DNA of 63,941 bases, the filler included, from Welwitschia mirabilis (Eukaryota): assembly GCA_051453625.1 (NCBI GenBank). It is 7 parts of one record of this genome, joined end to end, with 100 filler letters (N's around TTAATTAATTAA, not from the genome) between each part and the next. Parts side by side here need not be neighbours in the genome. Positions count along the whole stretch, not along the records: positions 1 to 21,017 come from JBOZIK010000001.1; 6 more parts are not named here. One strand, 5' to 3'. The notes beneath the pieces were generated by a model that saw nothing but the letters and a program-made list of their open reading frames with translations, searched no databases and was not told the DNA's origin. Both the position numbers and the translations under genes were made by a program. Positions 1-12,138 of this stretch are shown here, piece after piece; positions within the stretch are counted from its first letter, which is position 1, and every line of letters begins with the position of its first letter.

Positions 1-1
1 T

Positions 2-40
2 GAAGAATGGTTTGGTAGTGATGAAGTTGTAATAGATTGA
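2..40 (+). CDS. Possible last codons of an upstream host gene (EEWFGSDEVVID*), followed by 3'UTR-like sequence
   Basis: Open frame from the window edge to TGA at 38-40, followed by T-rich, non-repetitive UTR-like sequence. Too short to identify. Confidence 0.3.
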   Translation, partial: EEWFGSDEVVID

Positions 41-560
41 TGGAGATTTATGAGTTTGCTCAAAACTGATTGTTACTATAAGGTTTTTTGGTTCTTTGCT
101 TGAATTTACAGATTTGAAGTGTTAATGTTGTATTATTCTTTTGCCAATTTTTCTTTGACATCTTGGGCCTGTGCTGACAGAGTTTATAGCAAATTTGAAT
201 TTAGCACTGGATGTGCTTATTATGTACTTGTTATACTATTCTGATATAAGTATTTTGCATTACGGAATTGAAGTCATCTGTGAAAGCCTCGCCTTATCTG
301 TGAACAACCTGTGAAATCACTTATATTTCTGTGTGTATTGGGCTGTGTTTGAAACGTGGGGTATGATGAAAACAAAAACAGCTTTTGCAAGACTGTGAAT
401 CTAAGCTAGCATATCAATCTATTGATAAACTTCAATTAAATTGTCTCATTGTTTCCTCACAAAGTAATCATTTGTAGAGTTTCAATACATATGTCAAGTA
501 TGATTAAAAAGAAATTAACTCAATCAACAAAAGATATTTTAATTCTTAAAAGAAATCTCT

Positions 561-706
561 TTAATTATTATCACAATGTAATAAAAAATGCAAAGCGGCA
601 AAATGAAATATCCTACCATAACCTTCCTCCTGAGACAACACCAACCATTTGATCTCCTTCTTTTGTAACATATGTTGTGAGTTTAACAGGTTCTGGAGTT
701 CAAAGT
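561..706 (-). CDS. Candidate terminal exon of the minus-strand gene starting at 18092
   Basis: Acceptor atgttttag| at 707. One frame is open to TAA at 561-563 (FELQNLLNSQHMLQKKEIKWLVLSQEEG...). An alternative frame reads *TPEPVKLTTYVTKEGDQMVGVVSGGRLW*. Confidence 0.35.
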
Positions 707-1620
707 CTAAAACATTAGTGGTCAGTAGAAACTAAAGTCCTTGTCAACTTATAAGAATCATCAAAATGAAACACAATTTAATCAAAATACATTTAAAACA
801 ATTAGATCAGTATAGTTATAAAGCAACATATATGTTTTTCCATAATAATAATGCTTTGCTGGTGATAAGAATTTCAATGTTTTCTCAATTGATAGCAACA
901 GTAGTCAAAATAGTTATGGATAAGTTAGAGGATGACAACAGTAGCAGCAATAGCATAATGGGAAGTAAGATTTTACAGAAAAACACCTAGAAAATAGAAA
1001 CTTTGGGTAACAGGTGTGACGGTAGAAGAAGGTTCAAAAAAATGGGTAGTCGAGTTAGAGGAGCTTAGCCCCTTTTAATGAGAAAGAACTGCATTAATCC
1101 ATTTGTTGATTGCTTTAGGATTTCATTGTTATAAAAATGCAATTCTGGTCATGAAAACATTTAAGCCTTATACATTATAATGCTGTCAAATATTATGGTT
1201 GTTATTAGTGGTAGGAGTTTAAAGCAACAAATGAAACGAAGCAGCAATGGAAAATGCAAGACTTTGACATGTTTTTGCTCTTTTTACCCTCTGTCAATGG
1301 AAACAGTGAAAAGCTCTCTTATTAAAATGAGAATACGAAAACACAACCTGTCCTGATGACTCAAATGCCTTACCTCTACTCCTATCTTCCTATTTATAAC
1401 TCTTCATTAAGATGAAAAACCCTAACTTTACATTGACATAACACTAAGTCACAAAAATGTATTAAAAATGACTTTTACAATACAAGGACTTTTAACAACC
1501 ACTTTTCTTGTTCTCCTTTTTTTTTCCTTTCTTTTTGGTTCTGTTTTCTTTTTCCCCATTCTTTTTAATCAACTTTATATGAAGAGAAACATAACACGTA
1601 GAGGGATGATTTGACTTCAC

Positions 1621-1660
1621 TTTTAAGCAATCCTCCCCCTTGAAGACAAATCTGACCAGC
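1621..1660 (-). CDS. Candidate internal exon of the minus-strand gene
   Basis: Strong acceptor gttgtttcctttgcag| at 1661 and weak donor AAAA|GTGAAG at 1620. Phase is compatible with the neighbouring candidate exons. Confidence 0.35.
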
Positions 1661-1876
1661 CTGCAAAGGAAACAACAGATAGACTGTTTCAAACACCAAT
1701 TGCCTACATTACAGGTATTTCAAGATGGCATACAAATATACCATTAAACCTTCACTTTGAATTCCAAATTTCGTTTCATCATTCATCCATATAAAAAGAT
1801 TGTGCAATATAGCTTATGATATGACGTGCGTAGTTATATTAACTAGCACAATTAGAAACATAAACTTTACAAATCT

Positions 1877-2058
1877 ACTGTAACAATATAATATTGTGAA
1901 AGTCATAGCCTAGTGTAATGGGAACACATGGACACCCTCTATTACAAATCTCACATGTAGGTAACCCAACTATTGTAACAATATAACATTGTGAAAGCAA
2001 GAATAATGGGAACACATGAACGCCCTATATTACAAATCTCAAATGAAGTCTACCCACA
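1877..2058. repeat. Imperfect tandem duplication, unit about 90-95 bp
   Basis: tgtaacaatataa.attgtgaaag...taatgggaacacatg...tattacaaatctca occurs twice in succession. Confidence 0.85.
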
Positions 2059-2599
2059 TGAATGAAAATCCTTAAATTGGTGACTACCTAGCATAAGCTC
2101 CAAATCAGAAATCAGCAACAAAGTGGTCTAGATTGAAAACTCATCACCAAATAATTGACAAAACCATATAAAAATTAAAAATTATAGGAAAATGCCTTTC
2201 CCTGAACAATTCCACCTAGAGATGATTCTAGATGTAGAATGTCTTAGAAAAATATAACATTAGCATATAATGTCTAGAAAATATGATAAGAGTAGAGAAC
2301 AACTAAAGCATGCACATCTTTATCTATTTCTCTTAACATTTTAGCAATATTATAATCACATAATAATCTCCAAAAAATGAATTAGGTAAAGCTTCAACAC
2401 ATTCACTCCACTAAATTTTATCATTAGTTGGTTTGCAATATTCAGTAAAACATAGCAAGAAATATATTGACATAGAGTACAACATGTGAATAGCTCCAAA
2501 ATAAACAATTTGCAAACTCTTGTTTGTAATCTTTAAATTCTAAAGATACTAGTTTTAGATATCTCATATATGTTCTACTAAATGAGGAGAAAGTCTAAA

Positions 2600-5300
2600 A
2601 ATAGACATTTGCATTTATCTGTTCAGAGTTGAATTATGAATGAAAGCTATTAATCGTTCAAGGCTCCTACCATTTTATTGAGTACTATTGTTTTTGGAGT
2701 AACAAAATGTATTTTTGTCCCTTTCCAATGTTTAAAACCTCTTTTTTATTTTTTTCCATTTAGGAGATTGATCTCCTCTGATTGAAGATTAGTTGCATAA
2801 GACTAATCCACTACTAGTTGCCAATTCTTAAGATTATAAAAATATAAGTTTAATCTGATCAGATCAGGCCAATCTAATTAGAAATTTTATTTCAACAGAT
2901 ATTAATCTCCACCCATACTTAGCAAGCTCGTCAAGCATCCATGGAAGCATTGGAAGCAACCCCCAAGGGGGAAGATAGCAATCAACAAGAGTGATGTGTA
3001 GATTAGCCAAGCTATCAGTGCTAATTTCATCCTATGCTAAGCTCAAGATAAAATCATTTTTCAAAACTCTGAACCTTACTTCAACCATCATTCTTCAACC
3101 CTAAACCCTTGAAGTAATCATTCTGCAATCAACTTGAAGATTTTGGGCATCCATGAGCCCTTTATAATGTCATTCTGTTAATAAAATGAGCTTTTATTGT
3201 GCTACACATAGTGTACCTTTGAATTTTTAAAGAAGTTTCGTCAAAGCTCTGCAAGTTCGAGCATTTTCAGCATTTCTTTTGCTCTCAGAGTGCCATTTTC
3301 CTATTCTGCATTCTATTAAATTAGTACAAAACTAGGAAAACCCTCCCTTTTCTATCATTTGCATCATTTTAGTCATTAAAAATCAACCCTAAACCTAAAA
3401 GCCCACCTTCATCCATTTGGGAAAACCCTGGACAGGATTTATTGTAGGGACTAAATTTATTTAACCCTTAGAGAAACATCAACAAACTATTAACTGAGCC
3501 TGGTGCATGGTGTGGTTGGTTCAACCAATGTTTATAGGTAGTTGGAAGCTTCAAAGTCTTGGGTTCGAATACTACAATATACTAGTTGGCTTGTGGTTTA
3601 AATCCATGTATTCAAAGCGTAAACAAGTAGAAGCATCAACGTTTTGGGTATAAATCATTGGCAAGACCTACATATTTTAGGGTTGGCTCCCAAGCCAATA
3701 GACTCACCCATGGGTTTTCACCCAACCAATCAAATCAATGACCCTAGCTAGTGCAACACAGCTTCCCATAAAGTAACTTCCTCAACAAAAAGGTTATTAA
3801 GACTCGATGGTGTCATTACTTCCAATTGCTTGGCATCACAGGTAGCAAATGTGCAGTTACTATAACTACTAAAACAAATTGTTAAATTGATTTTGCATAG
3901 TTCAACTGACTTGAGTTGTAACTCTTCCCTTACCTACCTTAACCATACAAAAGCTTTATAAACAAGGGACTTGTCCTTGCAAATCACCTCTTTACCACTT
4001 GGATGACATGATAAAATTATGAAGTGTCAACAAAGCCCTTGGAGAAGGTAGAGAAACTAGGTCCCTCACCTCATCTTGTCAATTGTGGTAAGAACCTTGT
4101 AACCAACCCCCCAGTGTAAGCCATGTACTATATTATAAATTGATTTAATAAATCTCCTTTCTTATATTGCTCAAGTTGTGAATTGTTTTCTGCATGTAAT
4201 TGATGCTTTTCCATTATTCACGTATATTAATGACTCATGATGTGAGGTTGATTGGGTAACACACAATCAAAACATGCGTTTTTGTGACTTATGAGTAATT
4301 TTGTATTGTCTATGCATTGGCAAATATTATCTTTCATCTCTTCTGCTTCTCTTCTCCTCTCTAACATATTGTCTTTGTTATTTACAATACTTCCATTGTT
4401 AGTACTGCATGAATTGGAGATTGATTTGGAAACCTACACTCCATGATTCATAACAATATAACTTCAAGCAAAAGTTTGCTTTGTTAAATAGCTAGTATGG
4501 TAAATGGTTGGCTACAAGAACTCAAAAGTGGAATAGGGGGAACTTCATCAAGAATCTTAAGAATCCCCTAAGCTAAGAACCCGCCTAAGGATTTTGAACA
4601 TTGGAAAAAGCTAAAGAACAAGAGAAAAAGCAATGCATAGAGGAAGCAATGACCCCAACAAAGGAGCTAAAATCAGGCAGTCGATCAGAAAAGGAAATTG
4701 CTCATCTCAATCATCAAAAGCCTTTGTATAAATGGCAGCAACATAATGAGCCGTAATCTCATGAGGTAGAACCAGACAACAAAAGTAAAAGACAAGAAAT
4801 GTGCCAATAGCACATATTGACTTATGAAGCTCTTCAAATGAATTTGGTATCTTCCAAAGGTGAGATCCTCTTCTAGAGTGTATAAGATTACTTGAACACT
4901 TAATGCAGATATCAAAAAATGAATTCCTTAACCTTTGCAAAAGAGAAAGCTAACCCTTTTATTTTGATGCCCTCTAGTGACTATTGAGAATGTTCAAATT
5001 AATTTGAAAACTTTCTATCCATCTTGATTATTAATAGCTTAATCAACTTGGGAACTAACGAAAATTAGGTGAGACAACTAAAGATTACAAGATTAAACTA
5101 AAGAGCATCAATAAAGAAAGAGAAGTAGTATTTGCATTGGCAAGACAAGTGAACTTTGAATAGGATTCATGCTTAAACGTTCCATGCCTGTATAGAAGTT
5201 TGTTTTCCACCTCACACAACATGTCTCTCACCTTCCACTCAACTATTAAGCTTAGTTTTGTTGGTCATCCACCTATATGAAGGGCAAGAGGTGAGGGCAA
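2600..5300 (+). mobile_element. Highly decayed LTR-retrotransposon-like sequence, interrupted by a SINE-like element
   Basis: LTR-like composition (aaaccct motifs, TATA-like tracts) and stop-riddled coding-like sequence at about 4400-5200. No diagnostic domain recognised. Confidence 0.3.
3494..3791 (+). mobile_element. Probable tRNA-derived SINE, copy A
   Basis: A-box-like tggtgcatggtgtgg, B-box gggttcgaatac, A-rich end, degenerate flanking direct repeat (aactattaa / ggttattaa). Alignable along its length to 18488-18777. Confidence 0.6.
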
Positions 5301-5315
5301 GGTCCACCTAGAAAA

Positions 5316-5545
5316 GACAAGGGCCTAGCATCTTATTAGTACTACCCAATGGAATATGCTCCCAAGAAGAGAGAGAATCGAATAAGAAATGATGCCCTGG
5401 CACCAAGACGCTACCCTTAAGAGCAAACTTGACAAGGGCCTAGCATCTTATTAGTACTACCCAATGGAAGATGCTCCCAAGAAGAGAGAGAATCAAATAA
5501 GAAATGATGCCCCAGCACCAAGATGCTACCCTTAAGAGCAAACTT
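5316..5545. repeat. 115-bp near-perfect tandem duplication in a retrotransposon leader
   Basis: gacaagggcctagcatc...gagcaaactt at 5316-5430 and 5431-5545, with few mismatches. Confidence 0.95.
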
Positions 5546-5558
5546 GGCTCTAGTACCA

Positions 5559-5859
5559 TGTAAAGATCTACAGACGCTAGTGGTAGAGCAAAAAGAACAA
5601 GAAAGCAAAGAGAATTTGGAAAACCTTGAGTGTTATGATTTTTCTCACACTCAAGTAAAGGGATTGTTCTCTTTTTATATAGTAAATCACTAAATCAACT
5701 TTATATGTACTTCCAAACCCTGGCGTCTTCATTTGATGAGTCTTTACTTTATGACTTTATAGCATAACATGACTTTACAATACTGACCCTCTTTAATATA
5801 TAATACATAACATGTATATACAACACACAACATAACAAATCTAACTATAAGCTTTAACA
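5559..5859 (-). mobile_element. Copia LTR of about 300 bp, flanked by a PPT and a PBS
   Basis: On the minus strand: PPT ttgagggggag, then TGTTAAAGC...GATCTTTACA, then TGGTACTAGAGCC (degenerate tRNA-iMet PBS). Confidence 0.8.
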
Positions 5860-5870
5860 CTCCCCCTCAA

Positions 5871-7400
5871 GGTAAATTATAGATGTCATACAATCCAAAC
5901 TTTCTACAAAGAAAGTCTACAAGACTCAATCCAAAGCCGTTGGTGAAGAGGTCCACTAACTACAAATCAGAAGGAACATAGGAGTACATATATCTCCACT
6001 CTATAGCTTCTCCTTAAGAAAGTGCTAGTCCAACCGTACATGTTTGGTGTGTGCAAGGTACATTGGGTTAGATGCAATGTACATGGCGGCTTTATTAGCA
6101 CAATGCATCTTCATGGACAAAGCAACCTAAATCTTCAACTCATGTAAGAAATGCTTAATCCACAGCATCTCAAATGTAGTATGCGTCATAGCTTGATACT
6201 CTGCTTCTTCTTGCCCTTCCAGGAAACAAGATTGTCCCTTACAAATGTACAGTAACTTGTGGTGGAACATTTGTCGATAACAAAACCTGCCTAGTCAAAA
6301 TCAGATAAAGCAACAACATTCATATGGCCATGCCTTTTGTACAATAATCCATGCCTAGATGTGTTATTCAAGTACCTGAAGATCCTAATAATAGCATCCC
6401 AATGTGGAATACAAGGCTTCTCCATGAATTAGCTCACATATCCACCACACTCCTCCTGACTGCAAACGCTAGGGCTTGCTCCATATATATCTCTTTTTCT
6501 ACTTTACTATGGAGGAAGGATGCTTAACATCTAACTGAGAATGTTGCCACCCAAAATTAGGTACTAAAGAAGAAAATGTCTTAGCATAATCTATCCCACA
6601 TACTTGAGCATACCCTTTGGCAACTAATCTTGCCTTCAATCTCTCAATAAAACCATCACAAAGAAAGTGAACTGCCTAAAGCCATCTACAACCAACAACT
6701 AATTTACTTTGAGGGAGAGAAACAAGCTTCATTATCATCTACACAAAGCTAACATTTCATCTGAATAGTCATCCTTTAATCATTATCTACCAATGCCTCC
6801 TGGACCAATTTAGGAACTGAAGTGGAAGCCAAGGGAGCCACAAAACATCGAAACAAAGACCACAAGGATACATAAGAAACATGTCACTAAATTAGATAAG
6901 ATAAGCAAGTCCTGGTACCCTTTCTAATAGCAACAGCTAGATCCAAATCTGTGAACTCACTATCAAAAGAAGTTGAAGTGTCTAAACTAGGTGTAGCTAG
7001 ATAAGCAGGTTAAGCAGTAGATGTCATAGGACATAAAGCAAGAGGGCTTGTCTTTCTCTAATAAACCTAGGTGAGACGAGGACATGGAAGAGCAAGAGGA
7101 TTAACTGAGATTTCCTTAGTATAGGAACATGATGTCAAAAGGGAAACCTAGAAACAAATGTGGAAAGGCTAGGTGAAAGAGACATGGATGAAAAATGAGG
7201 TGTGGACTTCAAGAATAACACAAACCGACACACATATTAACAGCTTAAAGGATGATCAACACACTTATACCCCTTCTGAGCAAGCAAATATCACACAAAG
7301 ATGCACTTAAGTGAATGCTAAGATAACTTATCTAGCCTCGCATAGAAAGTATGTAGAAAACATACATAGCCAAATGTCTTCAACGGGATGGGAAAGAGGT
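5871..7400 (-). mobile_element. Degenerate Ty1/copia pol (integrase C-terminus, partial RT, RNase H)
   Basis: Minus-strand translations [23 protein letters not shown] (RT), SDFD*AG...STTSYCTFVRDNLVSWKGK (RNase H) and KCIFV..LAQKGYKC (IN C-terminus), with many stops. Confidence 0.9.
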
Positions 7401-7599
7401 CTCACTTTGATAAAAGGACTAAAAAGGGGTCCAATATAATATATTTTATTATGACCCACTATGACAAAAGATATTGCATTGTTTAAAACAATCTCTGGAC
7501 AACATAACAACTTAACAGTAGTCAATAGCCAAAACTCCAAAACCAAATATTATAAGCCAAAAAAAGAAGAATATATATTTGTATCTAATAAGTCAATAT

Positions 7600-8407
7600 T
7601 CCTTACCTATATAACATGCTCTGCACCAATCTCTGTGATGCTTTCCTCAAGAAGACTAGAAACATATTGAGAATCTTAACACTCTTTAATGCATCAACAC
7701 GCTTCAGAAACATGATGCCCTCTTTCATCTCATCTAATAATTTCATTCTAATTTCATAAAATGATGGGGGCTTAAAATTAGGCCTTGTTTTGTAAATTGC
7801 CCAAGGCATTTCTTTCATTAAAGTTGTAGAAGAAGATGAATTCAAAGGAAGCATATGATAATACTAGAATTCGGCCATTTTCTTTTAGCCTTACACATGA
7901 GTTTCTTCATCATTGGTATATTGTATAATGTCCCTTGCACCCTTAACGAAGAAGAGGCACTAGAAGATGCTCCATGACTATTGTTTTCTCCTAAAGAAGT
8001 GCTTGCTTCACTAAAGGAAAACTTTAAAACTTCTCAAGTCCACTTTAATTTCGAGCACAAGGGTTATATGTTGATTTAGAAGAAGTTGGAGTTTAATCTT
8101 TGACATTGTTAAATGAAGACAAGCAAGAAAGGATTGTTCTGCTACAACTCCCTTGTAGTCATCGACTTGCTTTGCATCTTTGATCTTTTTCGACAAGCAT
8201 GGCTATGCATTCTTGCATAATTTCTTCCATTACATGTTGCCTTGGATCATAGCATTTGCTTATATCTTGCCCTAGAATACCTACCAAATGGTATTTCAAA
8301 CAAGTAACACCTTCAAAAATGCTTGATTAGCGAAAGTTGCTTATGGCTTATGCTACTTTTGTTCTAGTCCTACACCATTCCCATGCTCTATCCTTCTTCC
8401 AACCCAT
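7600..8407 (-). mobile_element. hAT-superfamily transposase remnant (BED finger plus DUF659-like region)
   Basis: MGWKKDRAWEWC..., GVTCLKYHLVGILGQDISKC, PNFKPPSFYEIR..LL, GIMFLKRVDA and EIGAEHVI match plant hAT transposase motifs. Internally deleted and frameshifted. Confidence 0.8.
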
Positions 8408-8449
8408 TTGTCTCTTGCAAATGCAAAACAAATGCTACTAATCTCAAGA

Positions 8450-11400
8450 AAGTGAAGAGACAACATTGAGCGTTCCTCTACTTGCTTCTCAATCAGCCGA
8501 TAGAGACCTTTAGCTGCTTTCTAAGTTTTACCAAGCTCTTCCTTCAAGCTTAGTACTTTGGATCAGATCCCCCATTTCAACTGATGAGAGGATTCTTCAG
8601 CCAGCATTCTCAAACACTGAGCTTCCTACTTGATAGGTCTCTCGATTTGCCTTCCTACTTGATAGGGAGTTCTTCTACTTCTTGATTCCTCTCTGCCTGA
8701 TACTTCTTTCTCAGATGATAAAGGCCAACAGATGCATACTTGGCGAGTTTACACAAGAACTCCCTCTCCACAGAGAAAGGAGAGCTCCCCCTCCCTGCAA
8801 GGAGATGTAGCAAAGGAAGTTAATGAAGAAAGAAGGATGGTATGAGAATGACTAAAAAGAATCAGAAGGAGTACTTACATGGAGACGGCATTCCCCTCTC
8901 ATTTGGCTGGTCATCCTCCAAAAGGACAATCTTTCCTTTGCTACCTAAAAGGAAGGAATCAGACCAAGTTGCAATCACATAAATAAAGAAGCAGATGAAG
9001 ACTTTCTACTTACTAGATCTACAATCATCTATAACAGTGTAGACATTTTACCATGGAGGGAGCTAAGGCCTTCCCCACCTACAAAAGAGAAGTGAGGATT
9101 CATGAAAGAAGTAAAATCCAAGAAAGAAGATAGTAGTTGAAAACAAGATATTATCTGATAAGTCCTTAAGGAGTCCTAAGTTCTCCTCATCCAGTAAGGT
9201 ATGATTCTCCTTCCCTTTCCCTTTAGAGGTGAAGGCCTTTATAGAAGCTGTTCTCTTCCACGTAGAAAGGAATGCCTCCACTTAACTGTCTATTTTCTCC
9301 TCTTAGAGGTTCCACTCCTCTTTCCGGTCCTCATTCTTAATATGTAGGCTTTCCATTCTAACTCCCTCAGTGTACAATCTGGCCCCTAGAAAAGAAAAAG
9401 GACTAAGAGTAGCCTCTCCATCCTTAGGAAGAGACAACACATCTTTGCTTCTTAGTCAGCTGGGAGACCAGACCCAGAGTGCTTGAATGTAAAAGAAGCT
9501 ACACATATAAGCTTTTCATTCTTTTGACAATGCATTAGGATGGCAGCCACCTTGTTCCATAGAAGCTCTACCCAAGCAAATCAAGAACCACGAGTGGCCA
9601 CCTCGCACATAGCTTCAAAAGTGACCTAGGGAACATGGGTCCCCTTATGCAAGAGGAGGGGCCCTGAACAGGCAAAGAGGCATATCAAGTGGACCAGTTT
9701 CCAGAGGAGTTATATAAATATTCCCTTCTCACTTTTAAGGGTCTCAGCAGGCACCTCCAGCTATCTCTACTCCACCACAAGAGATAGAAGTTTCTTACTT
9801 GCTATCAAACGGAGAAGATGAGTGTTGGTGTGCTCCCTAGATGGGAGATGGAACATCTATCCAATATCGTCAACATGAACTAACTCTCCATCAGGGTTGG
9901 GTCCCAATAGAGGATGATGTTCTCTATTTGATACAAAAAGGTCTTAAAAACAAGAAATAGATAAGCTCATACAAACCATATTGTTTAAGGTTGGGTTCTA
10001 GCATAGCATCATCTCTGATCAAGGCAAAGAGGGGGTAGTACTTACTAGTCAATTACATACTTCTTGTGCACCTTCTTGCCTAAATGACAACTTGTGGCCT
10101 AATGTTTAGGTGAATAGTAGGGAGGATCATTCCAAGGAGCACAGAGGAATGACCTGATTCCATTAGAAAGGTCCTTCCTCTAACCTCAGAAGAGATAAGG
10201 TGAGAAAGAATGGAAAAAATTATAGGCACATGTGGAGAAATGAAAGTAGGGACTTACCAGAGCAAAAGGAGTAGAGCCACTAGCACATTTTGTAGTCTTT
10301 GAAAAAGATGCCCATTTAGGACGAAGATGACTTAAAAGACTAGTCATTACTAACTTCTAAGAAAACACATGCTCAAATTGATTTCTAACTTAAGTTTTCA
10401 ATGTCGACTAGGATAATGATAAATGAAGTACAAGCCCCTTTTTATCGATGCCGCTTTAAGGTATTCACGAACTATGAGGCACTTTCTCTTGAGAAGTGTG
10501 AAAGGTGATGTAGACTAACAAAGACTAACAAAGAGATAAAGAGATTGTACCTCACATCAGTCAAAGGTGCACTTACCCCTTATCCATCCCTTTCATTTTA
10601 AAAGTCATGTCATCCAATTAACCTCAGTTAAATAAACCTCAATCACCCTTTAACCCTACCCCCAAATCCTCAATCCCTCATGGACATCCAAATACCTCTT
10701 TTCTTCATCCTCTCATGCATATGCATGGTGGTGGACAAGTGTTAGACCCCAATCTAACCCCTGGAAGTTGGAGGACCCCTCTTTGCTCCTTCCAGGCTCG
10801 CCTTTTACCTCAAGCTCTACATTCTGCTCATTTTCTCCCCACCTCTCTTTTCCTTATCATNNNNNNNNNNNNNNNNNNNNNNNNNNNNNNNNNNNNNNNN
10901 NNNNNNNNNNNNNNNNNNNNNNNNNNNNNNNNNNNNNNNNNNNNNNNNNNNNNNNNNNNNTCATTTCAGCCTGTTCCCTCCCTTTTCCGACCTTCTCCCA
11001 TCCACCGTCCATGGCCAAGGCATAAAACTTACTCTCGTCCATGCACAAAGCATGGAATTCAAACCCCCTTCCTTCAACTCCAGTTTCTACTCTATTTTCT
11101 AGCTTTTTCTCTAGCCTTACTCTGAAGGATTCAACTTCCTTTACTCAAGAACCTGCTTTCAGTCAGTCCCTGGCCTTCTGACTTCACAACGTTAGGAAAA
11201 CTACTCCAGACGTCATCCTCCATTCTAAAGATTTCCCTTCATCTAATTTCCTTCACCTAATACCATTCTCCTACACTTCATTCTTTTCTTTGCCTTCCTT
11301 TTCCCTTATTATTCCCTCATCCCCTTTTTTCACAAGCTCACAAATTCCATGCTGGGGGCATGGAATCCACCCCATTCCATGCCTTGGGTGTGGAACCCCC

Positions 11401-12130
11401 CTCTAGGCCCCCTCCTTCGCAAGATGCAAACCTCCAGTAACTCGCAAGAAGAAAATTCAGATGAGTATCTTTCTTTGTGATCAACAAAAGATTTAGACCT
11501 TTAGTTGCCTTCTTTTGTAGCCATCAGAATTGCTCCAAGGTTCACCTCCTCCAACCTTGAGCGTGAAGTTCCTATCTCTCCCTCACCTTTCCCTCATCCC
11601 CTCATTTCTCCTTCCCTTTTTCTCTTTCTTTTCCTTCTCCTCTCCCTTTTCTCTCCCATCATCCTCCACCAATGCAATCCGAACCTTACATTCCATGCCC
11701 TAGGCGTAGAATCCAAAGCACCTTCCATGACTTGGATGTGGATTCTGCTGGGCATGTTAGCTAAAACCTCACCCCTCCCCTCTTAGCTTCAAACTGCCTC
11801 CAACCTCCAACCTAGTTCCCCTTTCAGTCAAAGTCCTCGTCTGACTACTCTCTTATAAGAAATCCAGTTCTCTCGCTCATCATAGATTGCTTCAACCCCT
11901 CTCACCCAGCTTCTTCCTCAGATGGCATGATTGTCAAAATTCCATTAACCCAAGTCCAAAAGAGTTATAAGGTTGCATCAAATCTTTAGAATGTGTCAGA
12001 AGCAAGCGAGCCTGCCCCTAACATTACAACATAGGGTGAGCACTTCCAATTTTCAAAGAGCCACAACATTGTTGGATCACCACTAATTCGAGGATGACAA
12101 GAAGATGTTATCTAGACCACATCATCACAT
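8450..12130. mobile_element. Unassigned repeat-like region, probably a gypsy 3' region with a decayed accessory ORF
   Basis: Decayed coding-like composition at 8600-10300 and pyrimidine-rich tracts with recurring ttccatgcc motifs at 10600-11900. No diagnostic domain. Confidence 0.3.
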
Positions 12131-12138
12131 CTCCTTCC

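Noticed and set aside
449..990. Short plus-strand ORFs here and many other 60-130 aa ORFs in the track
   Set aside because: They have no recognisable motifs and are chance or antisense frames in AT-rich or TE DNA.
3500..3580. tRNA gene suggested by GGTTCGAAT
   Set aside because: No cloverleaf stems are evident; it is better explained as a SINE head.
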